Shown one piece after another: positions 19,972 through 31,483 of a DNA stretch of 64,000 nucleotides. Position 1 is the stretch's first letter. Each line of letters opens with the position of its first letter. The translations under genes and the position numbers were made by a program. The notes beneath the pieces are model-generated. The model had not been told where the DNA came from. It was given only the letters and a program-made list of their open reading frames with translations, and made no database searches. The DNA is from Alphaproteobacteria bacterium (lineage in GTDB: Bacteria > Pseudomonadota > Alphaproteobacteria > GCA-2731375): NCBI GenBank assembly GCA_965225945.1, contig CBDDBZ010000023.1, forward strand, positions 1-64,000. Direction: 5' to 3'.

Positions 19972-21618
19972 TCAGGACGCGTGGAAGGCCCATTTGACGC
20001 CGGCGACCGCGCCGTCGAGGGTGCCGCTGACGACGATCTGCCGGCTTCGTCGGATCGCCTCGGGTCGGCCGAGATAGACGCTTTCCTCCAAGCTCACCTC
20101 GCCTTCGGAAGCGAGGAAGCGCCAACCGCCGCCGCCGGCGAGTTTGAGCAGCACATGTCCCCCGCCCTGCACCGGGGCCGCCTGCACGTCGGGGTGGAGA
20201 TGAAAGCGAATCTGGAAGGGCAGCGCCTCGCCCGCCGATTCGCGCACGAAGCGATCCTCGCCCCGGAGGTCGCGGCCGGCGCGGTCGAGATACAAGCGGC
20301 GCTGATGGCTCAGCCGAAAGCGCCCGCGATAGCCATCGTGGCGAACCTCGAGCCACTGGTTGCCGGCCTCGTCGTCGTTGCGCGAGACCTCGTTGGCGGG
20401 GGCCCGGACGGGCCGGTCCGGCGCCGACGAGGGGGCGATATTGTTGGTCTCGCCCACCACCGCCGTCGAATGCGCCGCCGTCACCCGCATCGCCGCGCGC
20501 CACTCCGGTCCGCGCCAGCCGGCGCCGCCGCAATTGACCACCAGGCGTTGGTCGCCGACCGAGAACTCGAAGGCGAGCGCGCCGGCATGGCTGTTCGCGC
20601 TCAGCACCGTCCCCTCGGGCGGCCCGGTGTCGACGATCAGCGTCGTGCGCCGCGCGACCAAGCGTTGAAAGCCGACATGCGAGGCATCGGTGATCGGCTC
20701 GGCGCCGGTGCCGGTACGCGCCAAGGTCACGTCGGTCGCCTGGGCCTCGTCTTCCTCGCCGCCGTTGAAGAGCGCTAGGCCACCATCACCATGGCGGAAG
20801 GCGCGGAGCATCGGCGCCATCCGCTCGATCGCCTGTCGCAACAGCGCCGGCGTCTCGATTTGGGCGGCCCCGAGCGCCTCCTCGACGCGCACGAATTCGC
20901 GCAGCACCGCGTGGGTCTCGCTCGGCGAGCGGCTCTCATGTCCGCCGTCCGGGCGGACGGCACGGCTGATCTCCGTCTCCAGAAGAGCAATGCCGGCGCG
21001 AAGACCGCGCCCGGCGTTCGGCAGGGCGACGCCGCCGGCGATCAAAGCGGAGGCGACGGCCAGAATCTCGCGGCCGGGTCGCGCCAGGGTCTCGACCCGG
21101 CGGAGATGGCGATACTGGGTGGCGAGGCTGGCGAGAAACAGGCGGCGAAAGCCGTCGTCGGCGCTCTCGAGCAAGAAGTCCGCGTGGCCGACCCAGGCCG
21201 AGATTCGCCGTGCCAACACCTCCGGCGACCAGACCAAGGACTCCCATTCGCCGCAGAACTCGATCCACGAGCGGACCAGCTTGCGCGCATGGACCTGCGC
21301 CGCCTGGCCACCGACCGCCGCGAAATGGCGCAGCCAGTCGAAGGCGTGGAGTTCCCGGGTCCAGGCCGCGTCGTCGGGACGCAGCCGCCAGGGCGGTTGG
21401 TTGGGCGCGGCGGCCTCGGCGCCGGCAAAGCGGAACTGGCCCTGGAACATGGCGTTGCCGAGATCGGGTTCGCCCGGCCAGGGATCGGGTGGGGCGACGA
21501 CAAGGGCCTCTGGCGCCCGCGAATCGAGCGACAGGCGATAGAGCGGCGAGCCGTGGCCAATCGCCATCAGCCGTTGCCAGGTGCGCCGTGTCGCCGTGCC
21601 GAGACCGCTCTCGCTCAT
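19972..21618 (-). CDS. Heparinase II/III family protein
   Basis: [43 protein letters not shown]; usual neighbour of rpe. Confidence 0.9.
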   Translation of the reverse strand: MSESGLGTATRRTWQRLMAIGHGSPLYRLSLDSRAPEALVVAPPDPWPGEPDLGNAMFQGQFRFAGAEAAAPNQPPWRLRPDDAAWTRELHAFDWLRHFAAVGGQAAQVHARKLVRSWIEFCGEWESLVWSPEVLARRISAWVGHADFLLESADDGFRRLFLASLATQYRHLRRVETLARPGREILAVASALIAGGVALPNAGRGLRAGIALLETEISRAVRPDGGHESRSPSETHAVLREFVRVEEALGAAQIETPALLRQAIERMAPMLRAFRHGDGGLALFNGGEEDEAQATDVTLARTGTGAEPITDASHVGFQRLVARRTTLIVDTGPPEGTVLSANSHAGALAFEFSVGDQRLVVNCGGAGWRGPEWRAAMRVTAAHSTAVVGETNNIAPSSAPDRPVRAPANEVSRNDDEAGNQWLEVRHDGYRGRFRLSHQRRLYLDRAGRDLRGEDRFVRESAGEALPFQIRFHLHPDVQAAPVQGGGHVLLKLAGGGGWRFLASEGEVSLEESVYLGRPEAIRRSRQIVVSGTLDGAVAGVKWAFHAS

Positions 21619-22280
21619 CGCGTCCCGCGCAAGCCGGCGATATTGCGGGCGTAGTTCGCCGGCCCGCCGGCGAAGGCGGCCGTGCCGGCGACCAGGATGT
21701 CGGCACCCGCCGCCACCACCTCGGCCGCGGTTTCGCGATTGACGCCGCCGTCGACTTCTAGTTCCACCGGCCGATCGCCTGCCTCGATCCGGCGCCGCAG
21801 CGCGCGGATCTTGTCGAGCTGGCTGGGGATGAACGACTGGCCGCCGAAGCCCGGGTTGACCGTCATCACCAGCACCAGGTCGACTTCGTCGACGATCTGG
21901 TCCAGGAGGCTCGCCGGGCTTCCCGGATTGAGGGCGACGCCGGCGCGCTTGCCGAGGTCATGGATCCGCTGCAGCGTGCGGTGGAGATGCGGTCCCGCCT
22001 CGGCATGCACGGTCAGGATGTCGGCGCCGGCCTCGGCGAAGGCGTCGAGATGGGGCTCGACCGGCGAGATCATCAGATGGACGTCGAACGGCAGCGAGGA
22101 ATGCGCCCTGAGCGCCGCCACAACGCCCGGCCCGATGGTGATGTTGGGCACGAAATGGCCGTCCATCACGTCGATGTGGAGGTAGTCGGCGCCGGCCGCC
22201 TCCATCGCGCGAACCGCCTCTCCGAGCGCGGCGAAGTCCGCCGACAGGATGGAGGGCGCGATACGGGGGGAAGACGGCAT
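21615..22280 (-). CDS. rpe: Ribulose-phosphate 3-epimerase
   Basis: [39 protein letters not shown]. Confidence 0.98.
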   Translation of the reverse strand: MPSSPRIAPSILSADFAALGEAVRAMEAAGADYLHIDVMDGHFVPNITIGPGVVAALRAHSSLPFDVHLMISPVEPHLDAFAEAGADILTVHAEAGPHLHRTLQRIHDLGKRAGVALNPGSPASLLDQIVDEVDLVLVMTVNPGFGGQSFIPSQLDKIRALRRRIEAGDRPVELEVDGGVNRETAAEVVAAGADILVAGTAAFAGGPANYARNIAGLRGTR

Positions 22281-22322
22281 GGCGCCGTTGGTAACAGCTT
22301 GCCCGGAGTCTCGCAAGCGCGC

Positions 22323-23744
22323 TCAGTGGCCCGCGCCTCGGGTCAGGCGGAAGATCTGAAAGCCGTCCAAGCCGCCCGTTTCCGGCCAGATCGCCGGGTG
22401 GGTGACGAGGTCGCCCTCGGCCGTCGGGCTCGCCGCGAGACCCCCCAACTCGGCCTCGCTGATCGGCAGGCGGGCGAGGCCGGACGTGGTTTCGAGCACG
22501 GCCTCGACCACCGATGCGCCCTCCGCCGCCTCCAGCGAACAGACGCAATAGATCAGCCGCCCGCCGTCCGCCAGCAGGTCGACCGCCCGGGCGAGGAGGG
22601 CCCGTTGCAGCTCGGCCATGCGGGCAACGTCGGTCACCGACTTCAGGCGCCAGATGTCGGGATGACGGCGAATTGTCCCCGTGGCGCTACAGGGGGGATC
22701 GAGCAGCACCAACTCGGCGCGGTCGGCCGGGCGCCATTCCCGGAGGTCGGCCACCACCGTCTCGGCTTTGAGGCCGGTGCGATCGAGATTTTCTCTCAGG
22801 CGCCGCATTCGGCCCGGCGACCGATCGAGGGCGACGACCTCGGCTCCGGCGGCGGCGAGTTGAAGGGTCTTGCCGCCGGGCGCGGCACAGAGGTCGAGCA
22901 CCCGTCGACCCCGGACATCGCCGAGGAGCCGAGCCGGCAGGCTCGCCGCCGCGTCCTGCACCCACCAGGCGCCCTCGTCGTAGCCGGGAATCTTTTCAAT
23001 CGCGCCCGCATCGACGAGGCGGATGCTCCCGTTCGCCAGCAGGCGGCCGCCGAGCCGTTTCGCCCAGCCCTCGGGGTCGCGCGCCGCGGTCAGATCGAGT
23101 GGCGGTTCGGCCATGATCGCCTGGACGATGGCCTGTGTGGTCGCCTCGCCGAAGCGGTCGCGCCAACTCGACCAGAGCCAGTCCGGGCAGTTGCGCCACA
23201 TGGGCAGGCTCTCGAGCGCCTCGGGGCCCGCTTCGGCCAGGCGCCGCAACACCGCGTTCACCAGGCCCCGAAAGCTCGGCACCCGCGCCGCTTGGCGAAC
23301 AGCGAGATCGACGGCGGCATGCGGTGGGGTCTTCAGGAACAGCAGTTGCGCCGCGCCGAGGCGCAGGACATGGCGGATCGCCCGGGCGCGGGTCGGCAAG
23401 GGTTTGGCAAGGAGATCGTCGATCAGGGCATCGATTTGGCCCAGCCGGCGCAGCACGGTGGCGACCAGCAGTCGGGCGAAGCCGCGGTCGCGCGCCGCCA
23501 TGCCGACCATCGCCGATTCGCTCGCCAGCGCCTCGTCCAGAGGCTGGTCGCGGTCCAGCACCGCCTGCAGAAGCGCCAACGCCGCCTCGCGCGCGGCGAA
23601 GCCGGCGGGCGATGATTGCCTCGGTCGGTTCACCCCCAGGGCCTGCTCAGCCGCGCCCGGGCCGACCAAGCTTCGGCCGGGCCCACCATCGACAGTCCGG
23701 TAGGAAACAGCTTCATTCGGTTGGGTCTCCTTCTCCTCGGGCAT
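22323..23744 (-). CDS. rsmB: RsmB/NOP family RNA m5C methyltransferase with NusB domain
   Basis: VQDAAA, DLCAAPGGKT, LDPPCSATGTIRRHPD, YCVCSL. Confidence 0.9.
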   Translation of the reverse strand: MPEEKETQPNEAVSYRTVDGGPGRSLVGPGAAEQALGVNRPRQSSPAGFAAREAALALLQAVLDRDQPLDEALASESAMVGMAARDRGFARLLVATVLRRLGQIDALIDDLLAKPLPTRARAIRHVLRLGAAQLLFLKTPPHAAVDLAVRQAARVPSFRGLVNAVLRRLAEAGPEALESLPMWRNCPDWLWSSWRDRFGEATTQAIVQAIMAEPPLDLTAARDPEGWAKRLGGRLLANGSIRLVDAGAIEKIPGYDEGAWWVQDAAASLPARLLGDVRGRRVLDLCAAPGGKTLQLAAAGAEVVALDRSPGRMRRLRENLDRTGLKAETVVADLREWRPADRAELVLLDPPCSATGTIRRHPDIWRLKSVTDVARMAELQRALLARAVDLLADGGRLIYCVCSLEAAEGASVVEAVLETTSGLARLPISEAELGGLAASPTAEGDLVTHPAIWPETGGLDGFQIFRLTRGAGH

Positions 23745-23840
23745 GGCGCGTGGTCTTCCCTTCACCGGCCCGAATGATATGTAAGGGGGGTGGGAAGCGG
23801 GTCAAGCGAGCCCGAGGCGGAATAGCAAGGTGGATTCCCG

Positions 23841-24011
23841 ATGTCGAAGGATGCGGACAAGACCGCGACCACCGAGACCGAGACGGAGGCCGGCGAGGCC
23901 CGGAAGACCAGCCTTCGGGACAAACCGTCCAAGGAAGTCGGCGGGCGCGAGGGGCTCGAGCCCACGCGCTACGGTGACTGGGAGGTCAAAGGGATCTGCG
24001 TCGACTTCTGA
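23841..24011 (+). CDS. DUF1674 (SdhAF4-like) small protein, 56 aa; absent from the ORF track
   Basis: KEVGGREGLEPTRYGDWEVKGICVDF* C-terminus; conserved position divergent from rsmB. Confidence 0.93.
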   Translation: MSKDADKTATTETETEAGEARKTSLRDKPSKEVGGREGLEPTRYGDWEVKGICVDF

Positions 24012-24022
24012 GTCGAGCGCGT

Positions 24023-26526
24023 TCAGGGCGAATGCGGCCAGCGCTGCACGTCCAGGACCTCGAAGGGGGCCGGCTCGTGTCCGTCGAGCCAGACTTGGTG
24101 CATGACCGCATAGGCCCGCTCCAGATTGGCGACCCAACGTTCCGTCTGAAACAGGGGATGCGTCCCCCGGTTGCGCCACAGGCGTTCGCGAAGTGCTGCG
24201 AGCCGCGCCGGATCACCGGCGAGCGCCACCGCCGTCTCGACGTAGTCCGCCAGCGTGTCCTCCACCAGATCCTCGAGCCCCAAGGCCGTGAGCAACGACA
24301 GGTTGACCAGCGGCAGCGCGCGATCAGGCCGGGCGGTGATGATCGGCAGGCCGGCGATCAGGCAGTCGATCGTGGTGACGCCGCCGCAGTGATAGAAGGT
24401 ATCGAGCGCCAAATCGCAGAGCTGCAGGCGGCGGAGGTGCAAGGTGCGCGAAAGCAGTCGGGCGAAATGCAGGCGCTCCGGGCCGATGCCCTGGCGCTCC
24501 GCGTGCGCCAGCAGGCGCTCCCGCGTGCCGCCGACCCAACTGCCCAACACCAGCCGGCTGCCGTCGACCCGTCGAAGGATCTCCATCCAGGCCTCGAAGA
24601 TGCGGGGATCGTACTTGCAGGGATGATTGAAGTTGGCGAAGAGTAGGCCTTCCTCGGGCAGGTCGAGCTCAGCGCGGCCGAGGGCCGGATCGCCGATTTC
24701 CAGAAGTTCCGCCGGCATCGCCGTATGTGGCAGGAAGCAGGGCCTCTCGACATAGAGTTCGTGAAACTCCTCCGGGAGGTAGCGGGCGTCGTTCAGGGAA
24801 TAGTCGTAGAACTCGGCAGCGCCGATGATGTTGTGTCCGGCGCCGCCGTGGACGACGATCGGGGCCGGCCGCATCGCCGCCAAGTCCATGCAGTGGATGG
24901 CGAAATGGCCGGTGATATCGATCAGGATGTCGACGCCGTCCTCCCGGATCGCCCGGCGGAGCCAAGCGGATCGTCGCTCGGCGTCACCTTGAAGCCGTCG
25001 AAGAGGTCGCGGAAGGCACGGTCCGAGGGCGCGTCGGTCCACTTCTTTACGCTGTAGCCGAAGACCTCGTGGAGGTGGCGGTCGTGGCGCGAGACGACCG
25101 TGCGCAGATTGGCGACGTGGCTCGATTCCCAGGTGTAGGGGCAAAGGTAGCCGAGGCGGAGCTTGCCGCCGGCCCGCCGCTCGAAACGGAACCCCGCTTG
25201 CCCCCGGGCGGCGGCGACGCGGTCCGCGACCTGGCGCGACTTCAGGCGCGCGGCGCCGGCCACGTCGCGGTAGTCGGCGCCGATCGCGAACAGGTTCCAG
25301 ACGTCGATGTCGAGCGTTCCGCCGACGGCGACGGCGCGCCGGGTCTCGGCGATGGTGTCCTCGATCAGCTCCTGGCTCTCGGCCCAATCGCAAAGCGAAA
25401 GCCGCGTTTCCAGCAGCACCGAGCGAACTTCGGCGAGTCCGGAATCGAGCGCCAGCGACGCCTCCAGCGCCGCCACCGCAAGCTCGCCTTGGCTGAGCTC
25501 GCGGGCCACGAGACCCAGGCGGGCGAGCGCCAGGGCGTTTTCGCCGATCAGGCTGTGCGAGCGCGTCAGTATCAAGCGGAGCACCGCCGACGGCACCACG
25601 TTCATGAAGGATCGGACCACCATCAGATGCTCGTCGGGATCATCCGACATCTCTTGGATCGCCTCGATCCAGGCATCCTCGGTAACCTCCGGGTGGCCTA
25701 GACGCAGGGCGGCGGCGCCGGCGCCGATCTTGGCCTCCCAGGTCTCCGGCCAGAGTTCCAGCACGCGGACGAAGCCGGCCAGCGCCTCCTGGGGGAACTC
25801 GTGTGACAGCAGGGCCAGCGAGACGTGGAACAGCGCGTGGCGATCCTCGCGGATACGATCGACCAGACCGAGGAAGTAACTTCGCAGCAGTTCCGGCCGA
25901 TCCATGGCCTCGACGATCGCGATCGTCTGGCGCAGAGCGTCGCCGTGAGCGGCGTCGAGATCGATGATCTCGTCGTAGGCCGCGAGCGCGCCGTCCAGAT
26001 CGCCGGCCTGGACCAACGCCCGACCGAGATTGGCCCGGCGTTCCAAATCTTCCGGCCGCAGCGCGACCGCGCGGCGATAGAGCGCGGCGCCGGTGCCGGG
26101 ATCGCCCGCGTCGGCGACGATCGCGGCGAGCAAGTCCATCGCCTCGACGCAGTCCGGCCAGCACTCCAGCACGCGATCCAAGAGCCCGCGCGCGAGGCTT
26201 GGGCGCGCCAGGCGATGGGCTAAGCCGGCAACGGTCGACCAGGGGCGCGGCAGGCCGTCGACGGCGGCGACGACCTCCTCCTCCGCCGCCTCAAACAGGC
26301 GCGCGAGATGGAGCATCGCTGCATCCTCGCGTCCGAGCGTTATCGACAGATCGATCGCGAGCGCCCGAGCGCCCAGGTGATCCGGGTCCCGCGCCGCCAG
26401 CGCCAGGGCATGCTGCAACGCCTCCGAAGCCCGATCCGACATGGCCAGTTCGACCGCCCGCGGGAAGGCGGAATCGATGTTGGCGAGGGAACTCGGGGGC
26501 GGCGGGACGGCCAAGGGTTCGAGCAT
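24023..26526 (-). pseudogene. TPR-containing O-GlcNAc transferase-like (GT41/SPINDLY), frameshift near 24953
   Basis: TPR helices; LRLGY, HDR..EVFGYS in one frame, then IREDGVDILIDITGH, FANFN..K, DLALDT in another. Confidence 0.8.
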
Positions 26527-26655
26527 CTGGCGGCGTTCCTGACGGCAGCGTCGGCGAGCGCGCATCGCGCCATTGAAGCCCGAGCATGCCTAAGGAGCCG
26601 TTAATGTTTTACCGCGATGATGCCCACCTCCCTCGACGGCGGATGAGGCGACGAC

Positions 26656-27771
26656 ATGGTGGAAGCGACGGCAGATCGGCGCCTCGGCATCGGGGTGGTC
26701 GGCGCCGGCATGGTGGGGCAGACGGCGCATCTCGCCAATCTGGTCGATCTGCCCCGCGCCCGGGTGGTGGCGCTGGCCGAACTGCGCCCCGAGCTCGGCC
26801 GTCTGGCGGCGGCGCGTTTCGACGTGCCCAAGGTCTACCCTGATCACCACGCGCTCTTGGCCGACGGGCAAGTGGAGGCCGTGGTGGTGGTGACCCGCCG
26901 AGCGGCGACAGGGCCGATCACCCGCGACGCGCTGCTCGCGGGCCGCCACGTGCTGGCCGAAAAGCCGATGGCCCACGCGCTCGAGCAGGCCCGCATCCTG
27001 GTCGATCTGGCGCGCACCCGGCGCCTGGTCCTTAGCGTCGGCTACATGAAGCGTCACGACGCCGGCCTCGCCCGGGGCAAGGCGATGCTGGACGACATCC
27101 GAGCCTCGGGCACGCTCGGCCGCCCCCTGCTCTATCGTGTTTGGAGTTTCCATGGCGACTTCGCCTGCGGTCTCGACGGCTTCGTCATGACCGAGGAGCC
27201 CAGGCCCGACGGTCTGGAGCTCTGGCCTCTGGCGCCGGTCTGGCTGCCCGCCGTGCACACAGGGGAATATGCCGACTTCCTCAACGTCTTCGTGCACGAC
27301 ATCAACCTTCTCCGCCACCTGGTGGACGGGCCAGTCACGTTGCAGGCGGTCGACTTCCGTCGCGCCAACGGACGCCTCGCCCTGCTGGACTGCGCCGGCG
27401 TGCCCGGCGCCTTGGAGATGGCGGTCGTCGACCTCGCCGAGTGGCGCGAGGGCGTCGAGATCGTCTTCGAGAAGGGTGTGCTGACGATAGAATTCGCCGC
27501 GCCGATGCTACGCAACGTGCCGGCGCGCGTGAGCTTGCGCCTAGGCGGCGAGGCGGGCGAAACCGTCACCCCCGACATTCCCTGGAGCTGGGCCTTCAAG
27601 CGACAGGCGAGAGCCTTCGTCGACGATGTGCTGGACGGCACCCGGCCGCTCGCCGACGGTGCCGACGCTCTCGAGGATCTGCGGCTCGCCGAGGCGATGT
27701 GGCGCTATCACCTCCGCGACGTCGATGACGATGGCGATGCTTGCGCCCGCCACGCCGTCGGCGGCGACTGA
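26656..27771 (+). CDS. Gfo/Idh/MocA family oxidoreductase
   Basis: GVVGAG, EKPMA, GYMKRHD, HDINL. Confidence 0.9.
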   Translation: MVEATADRRLGIGVVGAGMVGQTAHLANLVDLPRARVVALAELRPELGRLAAARFDVPKVYPDHHALLADGQVEAVVVVTRRAATGPITRDALLAGRHVLAEKPMAHALEQARILVDLARTRRLVLSVGYMKRHDAGLARGKAMLDDIRASGTLGRPLLYRVWSFHGDFACGLDGFVMTEEPRPDGLELWPLAPVWLPAVHTGEYADFLNVFVHDINLLRHLVDGPVTLQAVDFRRANGRLALLDCAGVPGALEMAVVDLAEWREGVEIVFEKGVLTIEFAAPMLRNVPARVSLRLGGEAGETVTPDIPWSWAFKRQARAFVDDVLDGTRPLADGADALEDLRLAEAMWRYHLRDVDDDGDACARHAVGGD

Positions 27772-28615
27772 GGAAGGAAGACTCATGAACGGAACGGCAA
27801 CACGGCGGCGCTGGCCCAACGATCGTTCGGCGGCGGGCGCGCCGCCGTGAGTCCCGTGCATCACCGTGTCGACTGCCGCGCCTGCGGCGGCCGCGCGCTC
27901 CAGGTGGTAGTGCCGCTCGCGCCGATCCCGATCACCACGCCCAACGTCGGCTTCGGCCAGGGTGCGCGGCACTACGGCAACATCGCCGGCATCGAAGCCC
28001 CCCTCGATCTCCATCGCTGTGGCGACTGCGGGCATCTCCAGCTTCTCGACGTCGTCGATCCGGATCTGCAGTACGGCGAGTTCCTTTATACGACGTCGAT
28101 CTCGCTAGGCCTGCCGGCGCATTTCGAGCGAATGGGCGCGGACCTCATCGACGCTCTCGAGCTTCGCCCGGGATCGACCGTGATCGAGATTGGCAGCAAC
28201 GACGGGACGCTGCTACGCCTCTTCCAGGTGGCGGGCATGCGGGTGCTCGGCATCGATCCGGCGCGTGAGATCGCCGAGCGGGCGAGCGCGATGGGGATCG
28301 AGACCCTGGCAACCTTCTTCACCGCGGAGGCGGCGGTCGAGATCGTCCGCGATCATGGACCGGCCGACCTGGTGATCGCCAACAACACGCTCGCCAATAT
28401 CGACGACCTGGGCGACTGCCTGGTGGGCGTCAGGACGCTGTTGAAGGACGACGGCGTCTTCGTCTTCGAGACCTCCTACGGCGCCGACGTGATCGACGGA
28501 TTGCTGCTCGACACGATCTATCACGAACATCTTTCCTATTTCATGGCGGAAACCTTGCCGGGATTGATGGCACGACACGACATGGCGCTGTTCGATCTGG
28601 TGCGTGTCGAGACCA

Positions 28616-29270
28616 AGGTGGTAGTGCCGCTCGCGCCGATCCCGATCACCACGCCCAACGTCGGCTTCGGCCAGGGTGCGCGGCACTACGGCAACATCGC
28701 CGGCATCGAAGCCCCCCTCGATCTCCATCGCTGTGCTTCCGCGCGCGACGACTGCGGGCATCTCCAGCTTCTCGACGTCGTCGATCCGGATCTGCAGTAC
28801 GGCGAGTTCCTTTATACGACGTCGATCTCGCTAGGCCTGCCGGCGCATTTCGAGCGAATGGGCGCGCGACTGGACCTCATCGACGCTCTCGAGCTTCGCC
28901 CGGGATCGACCGTGATCGAGATTGGCACCGGCTTCGCTTCGCTTCCGCGGCTTCCGCGCGCGCAACTGGACGACTGGACGCTGCTACGCCTCTTCCAGGT
29001 GGCGGCGCATGCGGGTGCTTCGGCATCGATCCGGCGGGCGCTTCGCTTCCGGGCGCGACTGGACCGGCGCGTGAGATCGCCGAGCGGCGACGAGCGACGA
29101 TGGGGATCGACGGGACCGGCTTCGCCCTGGCAACCTTCTTCCGCGCGCGACTGGACCGACTTCGCTTCGCTTCCGCGCGCGACTGGACCGGCTTCGGCTT
29201 CCGCGCGCGACTGGACCGGCTTCGCTTCGTCGCGCGATCGACTGGACCGGCCGACCTTGCGACTGATCCG
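28616..29270 (+). repeat. Degenerating second copy of 27902-~28380, interleaved with repeat fragments
   Basis: Exact copy at offset 714 bp until ~28735, then progressively mixed with cttccgcgcgcgactggacc pieces. Confidence 0.85.
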
Positions 29271-30710
29271 CGCGCGACTGGACCGGCTTCGCTTCGCTTC
29301 CGCGCGCGACTGGACCGGCTTCGCTTCGCTTCCGCGCGCGACTGGACCGGCTTCGCTTCGCTTCCGCGCGCGACTGGACCGGCTTCGCTTCGCTTCCGCG
29401 CGCGACTGGACCGGCTTCGCTTCGCTTCCGCGCGCGACTGGACCGGCTTCGCTTCGCTTCCGCGCGCGACTGCTTCGCTTCCGCGCGCGACTGGACCGGC
29501 TTCGCTTCGCTTCCGCGCGCGACTGGACCGGCTTCGCTTCGCTTCCGCGCGCGACTGGACCGGCTTCGCTTCGCTTCCGCGCGCGACTGGACCGGCTTCG
29601 CTTCGCTTCCGCGCGCGACTGGACCGCTTCGCTTCCGCGCGCGACTGGACCGCTTCGCTTCCGCGCGCGACTGGACCGGCTTCGCTTCGCTTACGCGCGC
29701 GACTGGACCGGCTTCGCTTCGCTTCCGCGCGCGACTGGACCGGCTTCGCTTCGCTTCCGCGCGCGACTGGACCGGCTTCGCTTCGCTTCCGCGCGCGACT
29801 GCTTCGCTTCCGCGCGCGACTGGACCGGCTTCGCTTCGCTTCCGCGCGCGACTGGACCGGCTTCGCTTCGCTTCCGCGCGCGACTGGACCGGCTTCGCTT
29901 CGCTTCCGCGCGCGACTGGACCGGCTTCGCTTCGCTTCCGCGCGCGACTGGACCGGCTTCGCTTCGCTTCCGCGCGCGACTGGACCGGCTTCGCTTCCGC
30001 GCGCGACTGGACCGGCTTCGCTTCCGCGCGCGACTGGACCGGCTTCGCTTCCGCGCGCGACTGGACCGGCTTCGCTTCCGCGCGCGACTGGACCGGCTTC
30101 GCTTCCGCGCGCGACTGGACCGGCTTCGCTTCCGCGCGCGACTGGACCGGCTTCGCTTCCGCGCGCGACTGGACCGGCTTCGCTTCCGCGCGCGACTGGA
30201 CCGGCTTCGCTTCCGCGCGCGACTGGACCGGCTTCGCTTCCGCGCGCGACTGGACCGACTGGACCGGCTTCGCTTCGCTTCCGCGCGCGACTGGACCGGG
30301 CTTCGCTTCCGCGCGCGACTGGACCGGCTTCGCTTCGCTTCCGCGCGCGACTGGACCGGCTTCGCTTCCGCGCGCGACTGGACCGGCTTCGCCGCTTCCG
30401 CGCGCGACTGGACCGGCTTCGCTTCGCTTCCGCGCGCGACTGGACCGGCTTCGCTTCGCTTCCGCGCGCGACTGGACCGGCTTCGCTTCGCTTCCGCGCG
30501 CGACTGGACCGGCTTCGCTTCGCTTCCGCGCGCGACTGGACCGGCTTCGCTTCGCTTCCGCGCGCGACTGGACCGGCTTCGCTTCGCTTCCGCGCGCGAC
30601 TGGACCGGCGCCGCTTCCGCGCGCGACTGGACCGGCTTCCGCGCGCGACTGGACCGCTTCCGCGCGCGACTGGACCGGCTTCGCTTCGCTTCCGCGCGCG
30701 ACTGGACCGG
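29270..30710. repeat. Tandem array of 32-bp (ACTGGACCGGCTTCGCTTCGCTTCCGCGCGCG) and 27-bp units, roughly 45-50 copies
   Basis: Period read directly; no spacers; units differ in number of GCTTC sub-repeats. Confidence 0.95.
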
Positions 30711-31483
30711 GCGAAGGCGGCGTTGGCGGCGGCCCTCGACGACTGCCGCCTCGTCGCCGGTTACGGTGCTTCCGTCGGCACCGTGACGCTGTTGCACGCG
30801 TTCGACCTCGCGGACCGCTTCGTCTTCGTCGTCGACGACAAGCCGCTGGGCCGCGTCCTGCGCGGGCCGGGTTACGAGATCCCGATCGTCGGCGCCGACC
30901 GCCTCTATAGCGAACGGCCGGACGCGGTGGTGCTGCTGGCTTGGCGCTATGGCGAGAAGATCCTGGCCCGGCACGGCGCCTACATGGGAGCGGGCGGCCG
31001 CTTCGTCCTACCCTTGCCGGAAGTGCGCGTGGTCGAGGACACGTCGCTCGACGGGTGAGGCGGCGAGACTTCGCCAGCATTGGCGAAACGTTAACCGCAT
31101 CGGTTCATCATCCCGCCGGCCGACGCGGCGTCCGCGTCTCGACGAGGCTCGAAGCTATGGCGATGAAGCTTTCCCATGTCTGCCTCGGGAGCCACGATCT
31201 GGAAGCGACCATCGCCTTCTGGCGTGAGTTGATGGGACTCGAGGTGGCGCATGAGTTTCGCAACCCCGAGGGCAAGCTCTACGGCGTCTTCCTCGCTTGT
31301 GGCGAGGGGACCTTCCTCGAGTTCTTCAAGGACGAAACACCACTTCGCGAGCAAGGCCGCTTTCGCCACATCTGCTTGGAGGTGGACGACATCGAGGCGA
31401 CGGCCACGCATGCGCGCGGGCTCGGCCACGAGGTCGAGGTGCGGCGCGGCCGGAGCGACCGGGTGCTTCAATGCTTTATTAAA

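Larger units (their letters stand above)
27847..31058 (+). pseudogene. NDP-sugar C-methyltransferase family protein disrupted by an internal duplication and a tandem array
   Basis: CRAC..C.DC.HLQL Zn site, EIGSNDG, DTIYHEH.SYF; C-terminus GYGA, VDD, LLAWRY, GGRFVLPLP in another frame. Confidence 0.8.

Noticed and set aside
29270-30710. CRISPR array
   Set aside because: Units are head-to-tail with no unique spacers; no cas genes in the window
27847-31080. Long repeat-encoded proteins (979, 698, 652, 427 aa) or an RT-generated concatemer gene
   Set aside because: The ORFs exist only because the unit lacks stops; the unit derives from the methyltransferase and no reverse transcriptase is present
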